Shown here in pieces: positions 1-5,864 of a DNA stretch of 6,855 bases. This DNA comes from a virus. Lineage: Duplodnaviria > Heunggongvirae > Uroviricota > Caudoviricetes. Position numbers and translations under genes: made by a program. A model generated the notes under the pieces. That model had not been told where the DNA came from. It did no database searches and saw only the letters and a list, made by a program, of their open reading frames with translations. Numbering within the stretch: the stretch's first letter is position 1; the number at the start of each line of letters is the position of its first letter. Location: IMG/VR virus record IMGVR_UViG_2703718868_000001. One strand, given 5' to 3'.

Positions 1-13
1 GGAGGAAATTTTA

Positions 14-775
14 ATGGAAACCGTTTTTGACGCACTGAAAGCAATGGGAAAAGCCAGCTCTGTTGGACTGGCTGAGCGGCTTGATATCAGTCGTGAAGAG
101 GTTCTCAACGAACTGTGGGAACTCAAAAGAAATGGCGTTGTTGATAAAGCGGGTCACATCTGGTTTCTGGCTGGCGAAGGTGAATCCGGGGTAACCGAAG
201 AGCAGCCAGAACAGTCTGAAGTACCGGATGTGCTGACCGGGGAGGTCGAACAAAAAGTTACCGCAGACATGATGATTGAGTTTATCGGTCAGGAGGGGGC
301 TAAAACGTGTGAGGAACTGGCGGATAAGTTCGGTGTTAGCATTCGCAAGGTTGCTTCCACGTTGGCGGTGGTAACCGCAACGGGACGCCTGGCACGCGTA
401 AATCAGAACGGTAAATTTCGTTACTGCATGCCGGGCGATAATTTACCAGCAGAGCCGAAAGCCGTGCCGGTAACGGAAAATGATGGTAAGGCCTTTCCTC
501 AGCCAGCAGGTGTTGCGTTACCAGTACAGGAATCTGCAACACAGGAAGATATTAAAACAGAAACAGTGGCGGACATTGTGCAGTCGTTGCCATCGTTTAC
601 CGAAACGCAAGCAGATGAGCTGATTTTTCTGTCCCTGTGCAGGGCAAACCTGGCGCTGCGCAGGGCGAAAAGTGATGTTCAGAAGTGGGAGCGAGTCTGT
701 GCCGCGCTGCGGGAACTGAACAAACACAGGGATATTCTCCGGGATATTACCGCCACCAGAGAGCTGCTGCGGTGA
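14..775 (+). CDS. hypothetical phage protein with two tandem winged-helix-like DNA-binding modules and a C-terminal helical region
   Basis: ATG at 14 with GGAGG at 1-5 (8-nt spacer); 253-codon ORF ending TGA 773-775. Residues ~1-55 ([52 protein letters not shown]) and ~86-140 ([57 protein letters not shown]) repeat the same helix / small-residue turn / recognition-helix / beta-hairpin pattern, separated by an acidic linker. Fold assignment (FaeA/PapI-like wHTH) is from pattern only. Confidence 0.6.
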   Translation: METVFDALKAMGKASSVGLAERLDISREEVLNELWELKRNGVVDKAGHIWFLAGEGESGVTEEQPEQSEVPDVLTGEVEQKVTADMMIEFIGQEGAKTCEELADKFGVSIRKVASTLAVVTATGRLARVNQNGKFRYCMPGDNLPAEPKAVPVTENDGKAFPQPAGVALPVQESATQEDIKTETVADIVQSLPSFTETQADELIFLSLCRANLALRRAKSDVQKWERVCAALRELNKHRDILRDITATRELLR

Positions 776-807
776 GTGGCTGGAAGAAGTGGCGCTGGGC
801 GGAAATT

Positions 808-1089
808 ATGATACTCCGGCAGTGTGCGGGAACGATGACAGTCGAAAGCATCGGCAGTCTGATTGGCCGTAGTGGGGCTGCCGTCAGGACGAAAGCGCGG
901 GAACTGGGTATCTGCATGATGTTACGGGGTGATTATCACCAGTCAGCCAAATGTTCACAGCGTGATATTGAGCTGGCGCGGCAACTGCATCAGCGTGGCG
1001 TACCCCGACGGGAAATTGCCGAAAAGTTTGGGATGAAGTTGGGCGCAGTGAATAACTACGTTTATTTCGACAGGAGGGTTCAGGCGTGA
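808..1089 (+). CDS. small putative HTH DNA-binding protein (hypothetical)
   Basis: ORF-track frame 685-1089 overlaps the 3' end of the upstream gene; ATG at 808 (G-rich GGGCGG upstream) is the most plausible start, with GTG 772 (overlapping the upstream TGA) or ATG 837 as alternatives. Product has two HTH-like segments (SIGSLIGRSGAAVRTKARELGI and REIAEKFGMKLGAVNNYV). Stop TGA 1087-1089. Confidence 0.5.
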   Translation: MILRQCAGTMTVESIGSLIGRSGAAVRTKARELGICMMLRGDYHQSAKCSQRDIELARQLHQRGVPRREIAEKFGMKLGAVNNYVYFDRRVQA

Positions 1090-1391
1090 GGGTGAGAATT
1101 TATATCGCCGGTCCGATGACGGGATATGAAAATTTCAACCGTGAGGCGTTTCACAGGGCGGAAGAAGCACTGAAACGGGAAGGGCATACCGTTTTAAACC
1201 CGGCAGTACTTCCGGACGGACTGACACAGCCACACTACATGGATATTTGCATGGCGATGATACGCTGCGTGGATGCGATTTACATGCTGAAAGGCTGGCA
1301 GCGGTCGGCAGGCGCTAAGGCAGAACTGGCACTGGCGGAGAAACTGGGACATGCGGTTATTTTCCAGGAGGCAACCAGTGAGAAAAATTAA
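1086..1391 (+). CDS. DUF4406-like protein (nucleoside 2-deoxyribosyltransferase-like fold)
   Basis: GTG at 1086 overlaps the upstream stop (GTGA) with AGGAGG at 1072-1077 (8-nt spacer). N-terminus MRVRIYIAGPMTGYENFNREAF matches the I-Y-I-A-G-P-M-T-G motif I associate with DUF4406 / deoxyribosyltransferase-like proteins (from memory). 101 aa, stop TAA 1389-1391. Confidence 0.65.
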   Translation: MRVRIYIAGPMTGYENFNREAFHRAEEALKREGHTVLNPAVLPDGLTQPHYMDICMAMIRCVDAIYMLKGWQRSAGAKAELALAEKLGHAVIFQEATSEKN

Positions 1392-1410
1392 TTATCAGAC
1401 GCTACGTGAG
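1365..1410 (+). repeat. copy 1 of a duplicated RBS + start + N-terminal coding module (CAGGAGGCAACCAGTGAG...)
   Basis: The 18-nt string caggaggcaaccagtgag at 1365-1382 is identical to 2328-2345; the next 28 nt match at 20 of 28 positions by manual alignment (38 of 46 overall). It holds the SD (AGGAGG) and GTG start of the first Ea22-like gene. Confidence 0.8.
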
Positions 1411-2028
1411 ATAGCAAAACTGGCAACCCAGGGCGAATGGGTCGCATTCATTTCGCCGGGCACTGATACATATGCGGTGCATACGCCGGGGGATGAACGT
1501 TGCGGAGACATTATCAAATGGCCTGGCTTTGATGACCAGAAAAATGCAGAGAACAACGCAGAATTTATTGCAGCTTTCAACCCTGAAGTAGTACAGGCAC
1601 TGCTGGATGAACGGGAAGCCCAAAGCAAACGTATTGCAGAGCTGGAAGCTAATCTTGTGGCGCTGGCGGCGGAGAATGCACTTGCTCGTAAAGCAGTTCA
1701 GGCATTCTGCGATGTTGTTGGCGACAACACCGAGGTTATCTGCGAGGAGGTTGGGAGAGATGGCGTTCTGGTTATTTTGGAGGCCATGAAGGCAACAGGA
1801 AATATGCCAGCCACCGATGCTTTCCTGTCTGAAGTGCGGGCGCTGGGGGTGGATGCTGCTATAGAAGCTGCAAAAAATCTGGTGGCCCAAGAATATGAGT
1901 ATAAGGATTTCAAAGCGGCGCAGAGTGATTGCTGTATGCACCCTGGTTCAGACCTGATAGGGAAGGTTGAAATGACTGAGTGGTTAGTTGACTTTGCTGC
2001 CCAGCTTCGCAAAGGAGTTCAGTCATGA
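1378..2028 (+). CDS. Ead/Ea22-like family protein (long paralog)
   Basis: GTG at 1378 in frame with ORF 1351-2028, preceded by AGGAGG 1366-1371. N-terminus VRKINYQTLREIAKLATQGEW resembles the conserved N-terminal motif of lambdoid Ead/Ea22-like proteins (from memory); coiled-coil-like middle (EAQSKRIAELEANLVALAAENALARK). Stop TGA 2026-2028. Confidence 0.7.
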   Translation: MRKINYQTLREIAKLATQGEWVAFISPGTDTYAVHTPGDERCGDIIKWPGFDDQKNAENNAEFIAAFNPEVVQALLDEREAQSKRIAELEANLVALAAENALARKAVQAFCDVVGDNTEVICEEVGRDGVLVILEAMKATGNMPATDAFLSEVRALGVDAAIEAAKNLVAQEYEYKDFKAAQSDCCMHPGSDLIGKVEMTEWLVDFAAQLRKGVQS

Positions 2029-2354
2029 GAGCTTCAATTAGTTATGTCGACGATTGCCACCTAAGCGTGCGTGTTGATGAAATTGTGTCATCCGTGCCAA
2101 CTTTTCCGACAAAAAATGCAGCCGTTAATGCAGGCGCGCCATTCGGATGGAGGACGGCAGTTCGTATTGAGCGTCGATTCGAAAACGTTTGGGTGGTAGG
2201 TAAGAAATGCTTCCAAAGCGATCGCTCTGCGGGGCTTAATTTTGAAGCATATCGATTCCCGTTCCTCCGATGGGAGAAAGAGGGCGGGATTACAAAATGC
2301 CCGATTCTTTCCGTGCGCAGATTCAAGCAGGAGGCAACCAGTGAGCAAGATTGA
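2025..2354 (+). CDS. hypothetical protein (109 aa), translationally coupled
   Basis: ATG at 2025 overlaps the upstream stop (ATGA); AAGGAG at 2012-2017 with 7-nt spacer. Several rare codons (AGA, AGG, CGA, CTA). No recognisable motif; the 3' end overlaps the next gene's RBS/start by 14 nt. Confidence 0.5.
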   Translation: MRASISYVDDCHLSVRVDEIVSSVPTFPTKNAAVNAGAPFGWRTAVRIERRFENVWVVGKKCFQSDRSAGLNFEAYRFPFLRWEKEGGITKCPILSVRRFKQEATSEQD

Positions 2355-2373
2355 CTATCAGGCATTGCGTGAG
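2328..2373 (+). repeat. copy 2 of the duplicated RBS + start + N-terminal coding module
   Basis: See copy 1; 2328-2345 is identical to 1365-1382 and holds the SD and GTG start of the second Ea22-like gene. Confidence 0.8.
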
Positions 2374-2685
2374 GCAGCACAAAACTATCGGTCGATGCTG
2401 GCGTGGTATCAGGAGAAACCAGACAGTCCAAACGCTGAGCAGGATTGTGATGCAGCTTTGGCTGCGTTTAAGCGTGAAATCCGTCATCGTGAAGTGGATA
2501 TTATCGCTGATTTGCTGGATGAACTGGAGGAAGCAAAACAGCGTATCGACGAGCAGGAGTCCCGCATAGTGAAGTTACCAGAACCATTCAAGCTGGCTAA
2601 ATCATCAAGTGGATTAACGTACTACTACGCTGATGAGGTCAATGCCGCACTGACTGCTGCTGGTATTCGCATAGAAGGAGAGTGA
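2341..2685 (+). CDS. Ead/Ea22-like family protein (short paralog, N-terminal-domain type)
   Basis: GTG at 2341 preceded by AGGAGG 2329-2334; N-terminus VSKIDYQALREAAQNY parallels the 1378 gene (KINYQTLREIAK). Coiled-coil segment DLLDELEEAKQRIDEQESRIV. Stop TGA 2683-2685. Confidence 0.65.
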   Translation: MSKIDYQALREAAQNYRSMLAWYQEKPDSPNAEQDCDAALAAFKREIRHREVDIIADLLDELEEAKQRIDEQESRIVKLPEPFKLAKSSSGLTYYYADEVNAALTAAGIRIEGE

Positions 2686-2686
2686 G

Positions 2687-3040
2687 ATGACCACTATTAC
2701 CAAAGAGCGACTGCAATGGCTGGCTAACATTTCTGGCCGCGATGACATTGACGATATAGACGGCGGTGAAATTCGTGAGCTGGCGCTTATCGCGCTGGCA
2801 TCGCTGGAAGCGAAGCCTGTAGCTTCATGTATTATTGAAGATGGGGGCATGTGTGTTGACGGGTTCGGTGAGTATGTTGGTCACTCGCTGCCTGATGGAA
2901 CGCACCAGCTTTACGCCGCCCCGCCAGTGCCTAGTAAGTTGCCGCGTGAATACAGAAACGGTTGGCCTCTTGCATATAGTGATTATGCTGAAGGCTGGAA
3001 CGACTGCCGCGAAGCCATGCTTCAGGGAGATAAATCATGA
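2687..3040 (+). CDS. hypothetical phage protein (117 aa)
   Basis: ATG at 2687 one nt after the upstream stop (TGAgATG), AAGGAG at 2675-2680. Product contains LYAAPP and GWNDCREAML motifs that I vaguely associate with lambdoid accessory proteins, but I cannot name the family. Confidence 0.6.
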   Translation: MTTITKERLQWLANISGRDDIDDIDGGEIRELALIALASLEAKPVASCIIEDGGMCVDGFGEYVGHSLPDGTHQLYAAPPVPSKLPREYRNGWPLAYSDYAEGWNDCREAMLQGDKS

Positions 3041-3390
3041 TTAATCGTATCAAGCTGGAGCACATCCTCGAATATGCCAGGCAGCAGAAGCATACTGGTC
3101 AGCATTGTAAAATTCCACCAGGGGATATGGTTGAAATCATGGAGATTGCCATGCGCAAGGCTGGCAATTCTCCGGTAACTCCGGATGGTTGGATAAGCTG
3201 TAGTGAGCGAATGCCGCCAGTTGGTGTTGATGTACTACTGTTTGTGTCCAGCACGGGTGAACAGTTTACAGGTTTTAACCTGGATAATACGGGTGACTTC
3301 CAGTATGCGCAGTGTTTCGGTGCGCCTATCGTGTGTGAAGCCACACACTGGATGCCGCTACCAGAACCGCCGAAGGAGGTGCGCCAATGA
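3037..3390 (+). CDS. DUF551-like phage protein
   Basis: ATG at 3037 overlaps the upstream stop (ATGA), GGGAGA at 3025-3030. C-terminal motif GWISCSERMPP...THWMPLPEPPK matches what I recall of DUF551 proteins (from memory). Stop TGA 3388-3390. Confidence 0.6.
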   Translation: MINRIKLEHILEYARQQKHTGQHCKIPPGDMVEIMEIAMRKAGNSPVTPDGWISCSERMPPVGVDVLLFVSSTGEQFTGFNLDNTGDFQYAQCFGAPIVCEATHWMPLPEPPKEVRQ

Positions 3391-3470
3391 GCTGGCCTGA
3401 GGCCTTCTCAAATGTTGGTATTGCAATGGCGGTAGCATTGGTTGTGTATTCGATTTGCCGCTGGGGATAA
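3387..3470 (+). CDS. 27-aa hydrophobic micro-protein (MSWPEAFSNVGIAMAVALVVYSICRWG), putative single-pass membrane peptide
   Basis: ATG at 3387 overlaps the DUF551 stop (ATGA) with AAGGAGG at 3373-3379 (7-nt spacer); stop TAA 3468-3470 sits just before the intrinsic terminator. Too short for the ORF track; the call rests on RBS quality, coupling and a ~20-residue hydrophobic core. Confidence 0.45.
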   Translation: MSWPEAFSNVGIAMAVALVVYSICRWG

Positions 3471-3471
3471 C

Positions 3472-3502
3472 AAAAACCCCGGATTGATGGTCCGGGGTTT
3501 TT
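3472..3502. terminator. rho-independent terminator, probably bidirectional
   Basis: Perfect 7-bp stem CCCCGGA (3477-3483) / TCCGGGG (3491-3497), 7-nt loop, A5 run upstream (3472-3476) and T5 run downstream (3498-3502). Confidence 0.75.
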
Positions 3503-3660
3503 GAAGGAAACAAAACAGAAACAACAATTGCTGTTACCTGTTGTTACCATGGCAAGTAAACGTATCTCAGGCGAGCGCATTGCGCCGTTCTGACGCACAT
3601 AAGGTAGAGTAGATTGCAGAAGCTGGCAATAAAAAGTTGGTGGAAAGTCTGATGCAGATG

Positions 3661-3686
3661 CGAAAAGATAGCCCCGAAAACGGGGC
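3661..3686 (-). terminator. putative intrinsic terminator for the minus-strand gene
   Basis: Hairpin GCCCCG-AAAA-CGGGGC at 3671-3686 lies 5 nt downstream (minus sense) of the 3692-3694 stop and is followed on the minus strand by UAUCUUUUCG. Confidence 0.55.
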
Positions 3687-3691
3687 CGGAT

Positions 3692-3973
3692 TTACTGAGC
3701 ACCAATAATCCTGAAGATGTAATCCTTGAAGATGAGAGCCAGAGCGGCAGCAACAATAAACCACTGGAGTCGATCAAACTTGGTTTCCAGCTTGTCCAGG
3801 CGCTTATCAACCGATATTAGCTGGTTTTGCAAAGAATTAAAGCGACCATCAATCTCACGACGCAGGTTATCAACGCTTTCCTGTGTTGCCAGGTGTTGCA
3901 TGTTCTGCTGGCGATGGAGTAAAGCATTCAACACATCACTGGTGCTGAACTCAATTTTTTTGTCATCACTCAT
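3692..3973 (-). CDS. 93-aa coiled-coil protein with C-terminal transmembrane anchor (XhlA-like architecture; function unknown)
   Basis: ATG on the minus strand (plus 3971-3973) preceded by AGGAGG (complement of 3979-3984, 5-nt spacer); stop TAA (3692-3694). Product has heptad-like region NLRREIDGRFNSLQNQLISVDKRLDKLETKFDRL then hydrophobic tail WFIVAAALALIFKDYIFRIIG. It is the only convincing minus-strand gene in the window and has its own terminator. Confidence 0.7.
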   Translation of the reverse strand: MSDDKKIEFSTSDVLNALLHRQQNMQHLATQESVDNLRREIDGRFNSLQNQLISVDKRLDKLETKFDRLQWFIVAAALALIFKDYIFRIIGAQ

Positions 3974-4023
3974 GTTGGCCTCCTGTATGGGGAATCGTGG
4001 TACAGGAAAAACCTGTTAAGTAA

Positions 4024-4052
4024 ATAGTAAAGTTAATCGCTTCACTCATCAA
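4024..4052 (-). promoter_or_regulatory. candidate sigma70 promoter for the minus-strand gene (TTGATG-17-TACTAT)
   Basis: On the minus strand, -35 TTGATG (plus 4047-4052) and -10 TACTAT (plus 4024-4029) with a 17-nt spacer, ~50 nt upstream of the ATG. Hexamer matching by eye only. Confidence 0.3.
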
Positions 4053-4058
4053 GTGAGT
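4044..4058. promoter_or_regulatory. inverted repeat ACTCA-tcaag-TGAGT, possible operator
   Basis: 5-bp perfect inverted repeat with a 5-nt spacer (extendable with mismatches), overlapping the candidate -35 of the minus-strand promoter and 15-29 bp upstream of the candidate plus-strand -35. Confidence 0.3.
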
Positions 4059-4072
4059 AAGCACAGAAGCGG

Positions 4073-4102
4073 TTGACGACAACAGAAATCAGAGACAATA
4101 TT
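4073..4102 (+). promoter_or_regulatory. candidate sigma70 promoter for the downstream plus-strand operon (TTGACG-18-AATATT)
   Basis: -35 TTGACG at 4073-4078 and -10 AATATT at 4097-4102; needed in principle because the upstream operon ends at the 3472-3502 terminator. Hexamer matching by eye only. Confidence 0.3.
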
Positions 4103-4154
4103 GCCGCACGCCAGCCTGAACAACTGGCACCTGCTGCGTCAGCAGAGAAAACTG

Positions 4155-4433
4155 ATGGCGCACGATACCAGATTTTACAATTCGGATAACTCTGCCGCCC
4201 CTGCCAGCAGACACGGGCGGCGTTCTCATGCATTCAAATCTGACTGGTTCCGGCATGACCCATGCACTGAAGAACAGGCCGAATGGCTGATTCAGTGTTA
4301 CCGCAGACGTGGTTACGAGTTTCAGAAAGCTCTCAGTCTTGACCGTCGCCACTGGATAATCTCTGTCAGGCTACCTTATTCCGAACGCCCACCGCGTCCG
4401 TCCCGAACATTCCAGCAGCGCATCTGGAGGTAA
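4155..4433 (+). CDS. small basic hypothetical protein (92 aa); positional equivalent of rem upstream of ydfU in the K-12 Qin prophage
   Basis: ORF-track frame 4101-4433 begins with TTG at 4101 inside the putative promoter; first ATG at 4155 with weak SD GAGAAA. Arg/His-rich, several rare codons. Stop TAA 4431-4433, 1 nt before the next gene. Identity with Rem not verified. Confidence 0.45.
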   Translation: MAHDTRFYNSDNSAAPASRHGRRSHAFKSDWFRHDPCTEEQAEWLIQCYRRRGYEFQKALSLDRRHWIISVRLPYSERPPRPSRTFQQRIWR

Positions 4434-4434
4434 C

Positions 4435-5484
4435 GTGCGGGTATTACTTCGACCTGTTCTGGTACCGGAACTCGGGATGGTGCTCCTAAAGCCGGGCCGT
4501 GAATCAATGTCAGCATTCCATAACGGCAGAATATTGGTGGAACCGGAACCGAAAAACATGCGCGGTCTGCCGTCCGGAGTCGTTCCTGCCGTTCGACAGC
4601 CGCTGGCAGAGGATAAAACATTACTGCCATTTTTCAGCAACGAACGGGTGATTCGTGCTGCGGGTGGCGCTGGTGCACTGTCTGACTGGTTATTACGTCA
4701 CGTGAAATCCTGCCAGTGGTCACATGGCGATTATCATCACAGCGAAACTGTCATACATCGTTACGGTTCCGGCGCGATGGTGTTGTGCTGGCACTGCGAC
4801 AACCAGCTGCGCGACCAGACATCAGAATCACTCGATCAACTTGCTCAGCAGAATCTGGTTGCCTGGATGACTGACGTTATCCGTCACGCAATAAGCGGCA
4901 TGCAGGAGAGGGAGTTATCGCTGGCCGAATTATCCTGGTGGGCGGCCTGCAATCAGGTGGTGGATGCACTACCTGAGGCAGTAGCGCGTCGTTCGCTGGG
5001 ATTACCGGCGGAAAAAATCCGCTCCGTATACCGTGAGAGTGACATCGTACCGGGAGAACAGACAGCCATCAGCATACTGAAGCAGCGCACAAAAAATATT
5101 GCGCTGCCACTTCACGTCCACCAGCAACAAAATCCACCACAGAAAAAAACGGTTGTCAGTATCGCCGTTGATCCGGAGTCTCCTGAATCGTTCATGAGGC
5201 GGCCTAAACGTCGCCGTTGGGTTAATGAGAAATACACGCGCTGGGTAAAGACACAGCCGTGTGCGTGTTGTGGTAAGCCTGCTGACGATCCGCATCACCT
5301 GATTGGTCATGGTCAGGGGGGAATGGGGACAAAGGCCCACGATATTTTCACGCTACCGTTGTGCCGGGAGCACCACAACGAACTTCATGCAGACCCGCTG
5401 GAGTTTGAGAAAAAGTACGGCTCTCAGATTGAGTTAATTTTTCGTTTTCTTGATCACGCCTTTGCGACTGGCGTGCTCGGGTAA
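4435..5484 (+). CDS. DUF968-family protein with HNH-like Cys/His motifs (YdfU-like)
   Basis: GTG at 4435 with GGAGG at 4426-4430; 349 aa, the length I recall for E. coli K-12 YdfU. C-terminal motif CACCGKPADDPHHLIGHGQGG...LCREHHNELH is the DUF968/HNH-like signature; a second Cys/His cluster (CQWSHGDYHH...CWHCDNQ) lies near residue 95. Confidence 0.8.
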   Translation: MRVLLRPVLVPELGMVLLKPGRESMSAFHNGRILVEPEPKNMRGLPSGVVPAVRQPLAEDKTLLPFFSNERVIRAAGGAGALSDWLLRHVKSCQWSHGDYHHSETVIHRYGSGAMVLCWHCDNQLRDQTSESLDQLAQQNLVAWMTDVIRHAISGMQERELSLAELSWWAACNQVVDALPEAVARRSLGLPAEKIRSVYRESDIVPGEQTAISILKQRTKNIALPLHVHQQQNPPQKKTVVSIAVDPESPESFMRRPKRRRWVNEKYTRWVKTQPCACCGKPADDPHHLIGHGQGGMGTKAHDIFTLPLCREHHNELHADPLEFEKKYGSQIELIFRFLDHAFATGVLG

Positions 5485-5496
5485 AAGAGGTGACTG

Positions 5497-5856
5497 ATGC
5501 TCATAGATTTGGTTTTACCTTACCCGCCGACGGTGAACACTTACTGGCGACGCCGTGGCAGCACATATTTTGTCTCAAAAGCCGGGGAGCGTTATCGCCG
5601 GGCAGTGGCGCTTATTGTTCGCCAGCAGCGACTGAAATTAAGCCTGTCCGGACGGCTGGCAATAAAAATTATTGCAGAACCACCGGATAAGCGCCGCCGT
5701 GACCTGGACAATATTCTGAAAGCGCCGCTGGATGCGCTGACGCATGCGGGAGTGCTTATTGATGACGAGCAGTTTGATGAAATCAATATTGTACGTGGTC
5801 AGCTTGTTCCTGGTGGTCGGTTGGGTGTGAAGATTTACAAAATTGAGAGTGAGTGA
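5497..5856 (+). CDS. rusA: crossover junction endodeoxyribonuclease RusA (Holliday junction resolvase)
   Basis: ATG at 5497 with AAGAGG 5485-5490. Product aligns by eye with E. coli RusA: LPYPPTVNTYWR vs LPWPPSNNRYYR; PDKRRRDLDNILKAPLDALTHAG vs [30 protein letters not shown] vs KGGRLEL. 119 aa. Confidence 0.9.
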   Translation: MLIDLVLPYPPTVNTYWRRRGSTYFVSKAGERYRRAVALIVRQQRLKLSLSGRLAIKIIAEPPDKRRRDLDNILKAPLDALTHAGVLIDDEQFDEINIVRGQLVPGGRLGVKIYKIESE

Positions 5857-5864
5857 GCGTAAAT

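Noticed and set aside
685-807. N-terminal extension of the second gene back to the ORF-track start at 685
   Set aside because: It would overlap the last ~90 nt of the first gene in another frame and has no ribosome-binding site; ATG 808 (or GTG 772) is more plausible.
3549-3593. 14-codon ORF (MASKRISGERIAPF) in the spacer
   Set aside because: No Shine-Dalgarno, very short and not hydrophobic; most likely non-coding.
3544-3810. Minus-strand ORFs 3544-3810 and 3567-3764 extending across the spacer
   Set aside because: They overlap the 3' end of the RBS-supported 3692-3973 gene in other frames and run through its terminator hairpin; no RBS.
4101-4154. TTG start at 4101 for the small basic protein
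   Set aside because: The TTG falls inside the candidate -10 region of the plus-strand promoter and lacks a good SD; ATG 4155 was preferred, with low confidence.
1607-5690. Plus-strand alternative-frame ORFs (1607-1789, 2351-2569, 2835-3044, 3203-3400, 3726-4019, 5490-5690)
   Set aside because: They are embedded out of frame in stronger genes, or antisense to the minus-strand gene in the case of 3726-4019, and lack RBSs.
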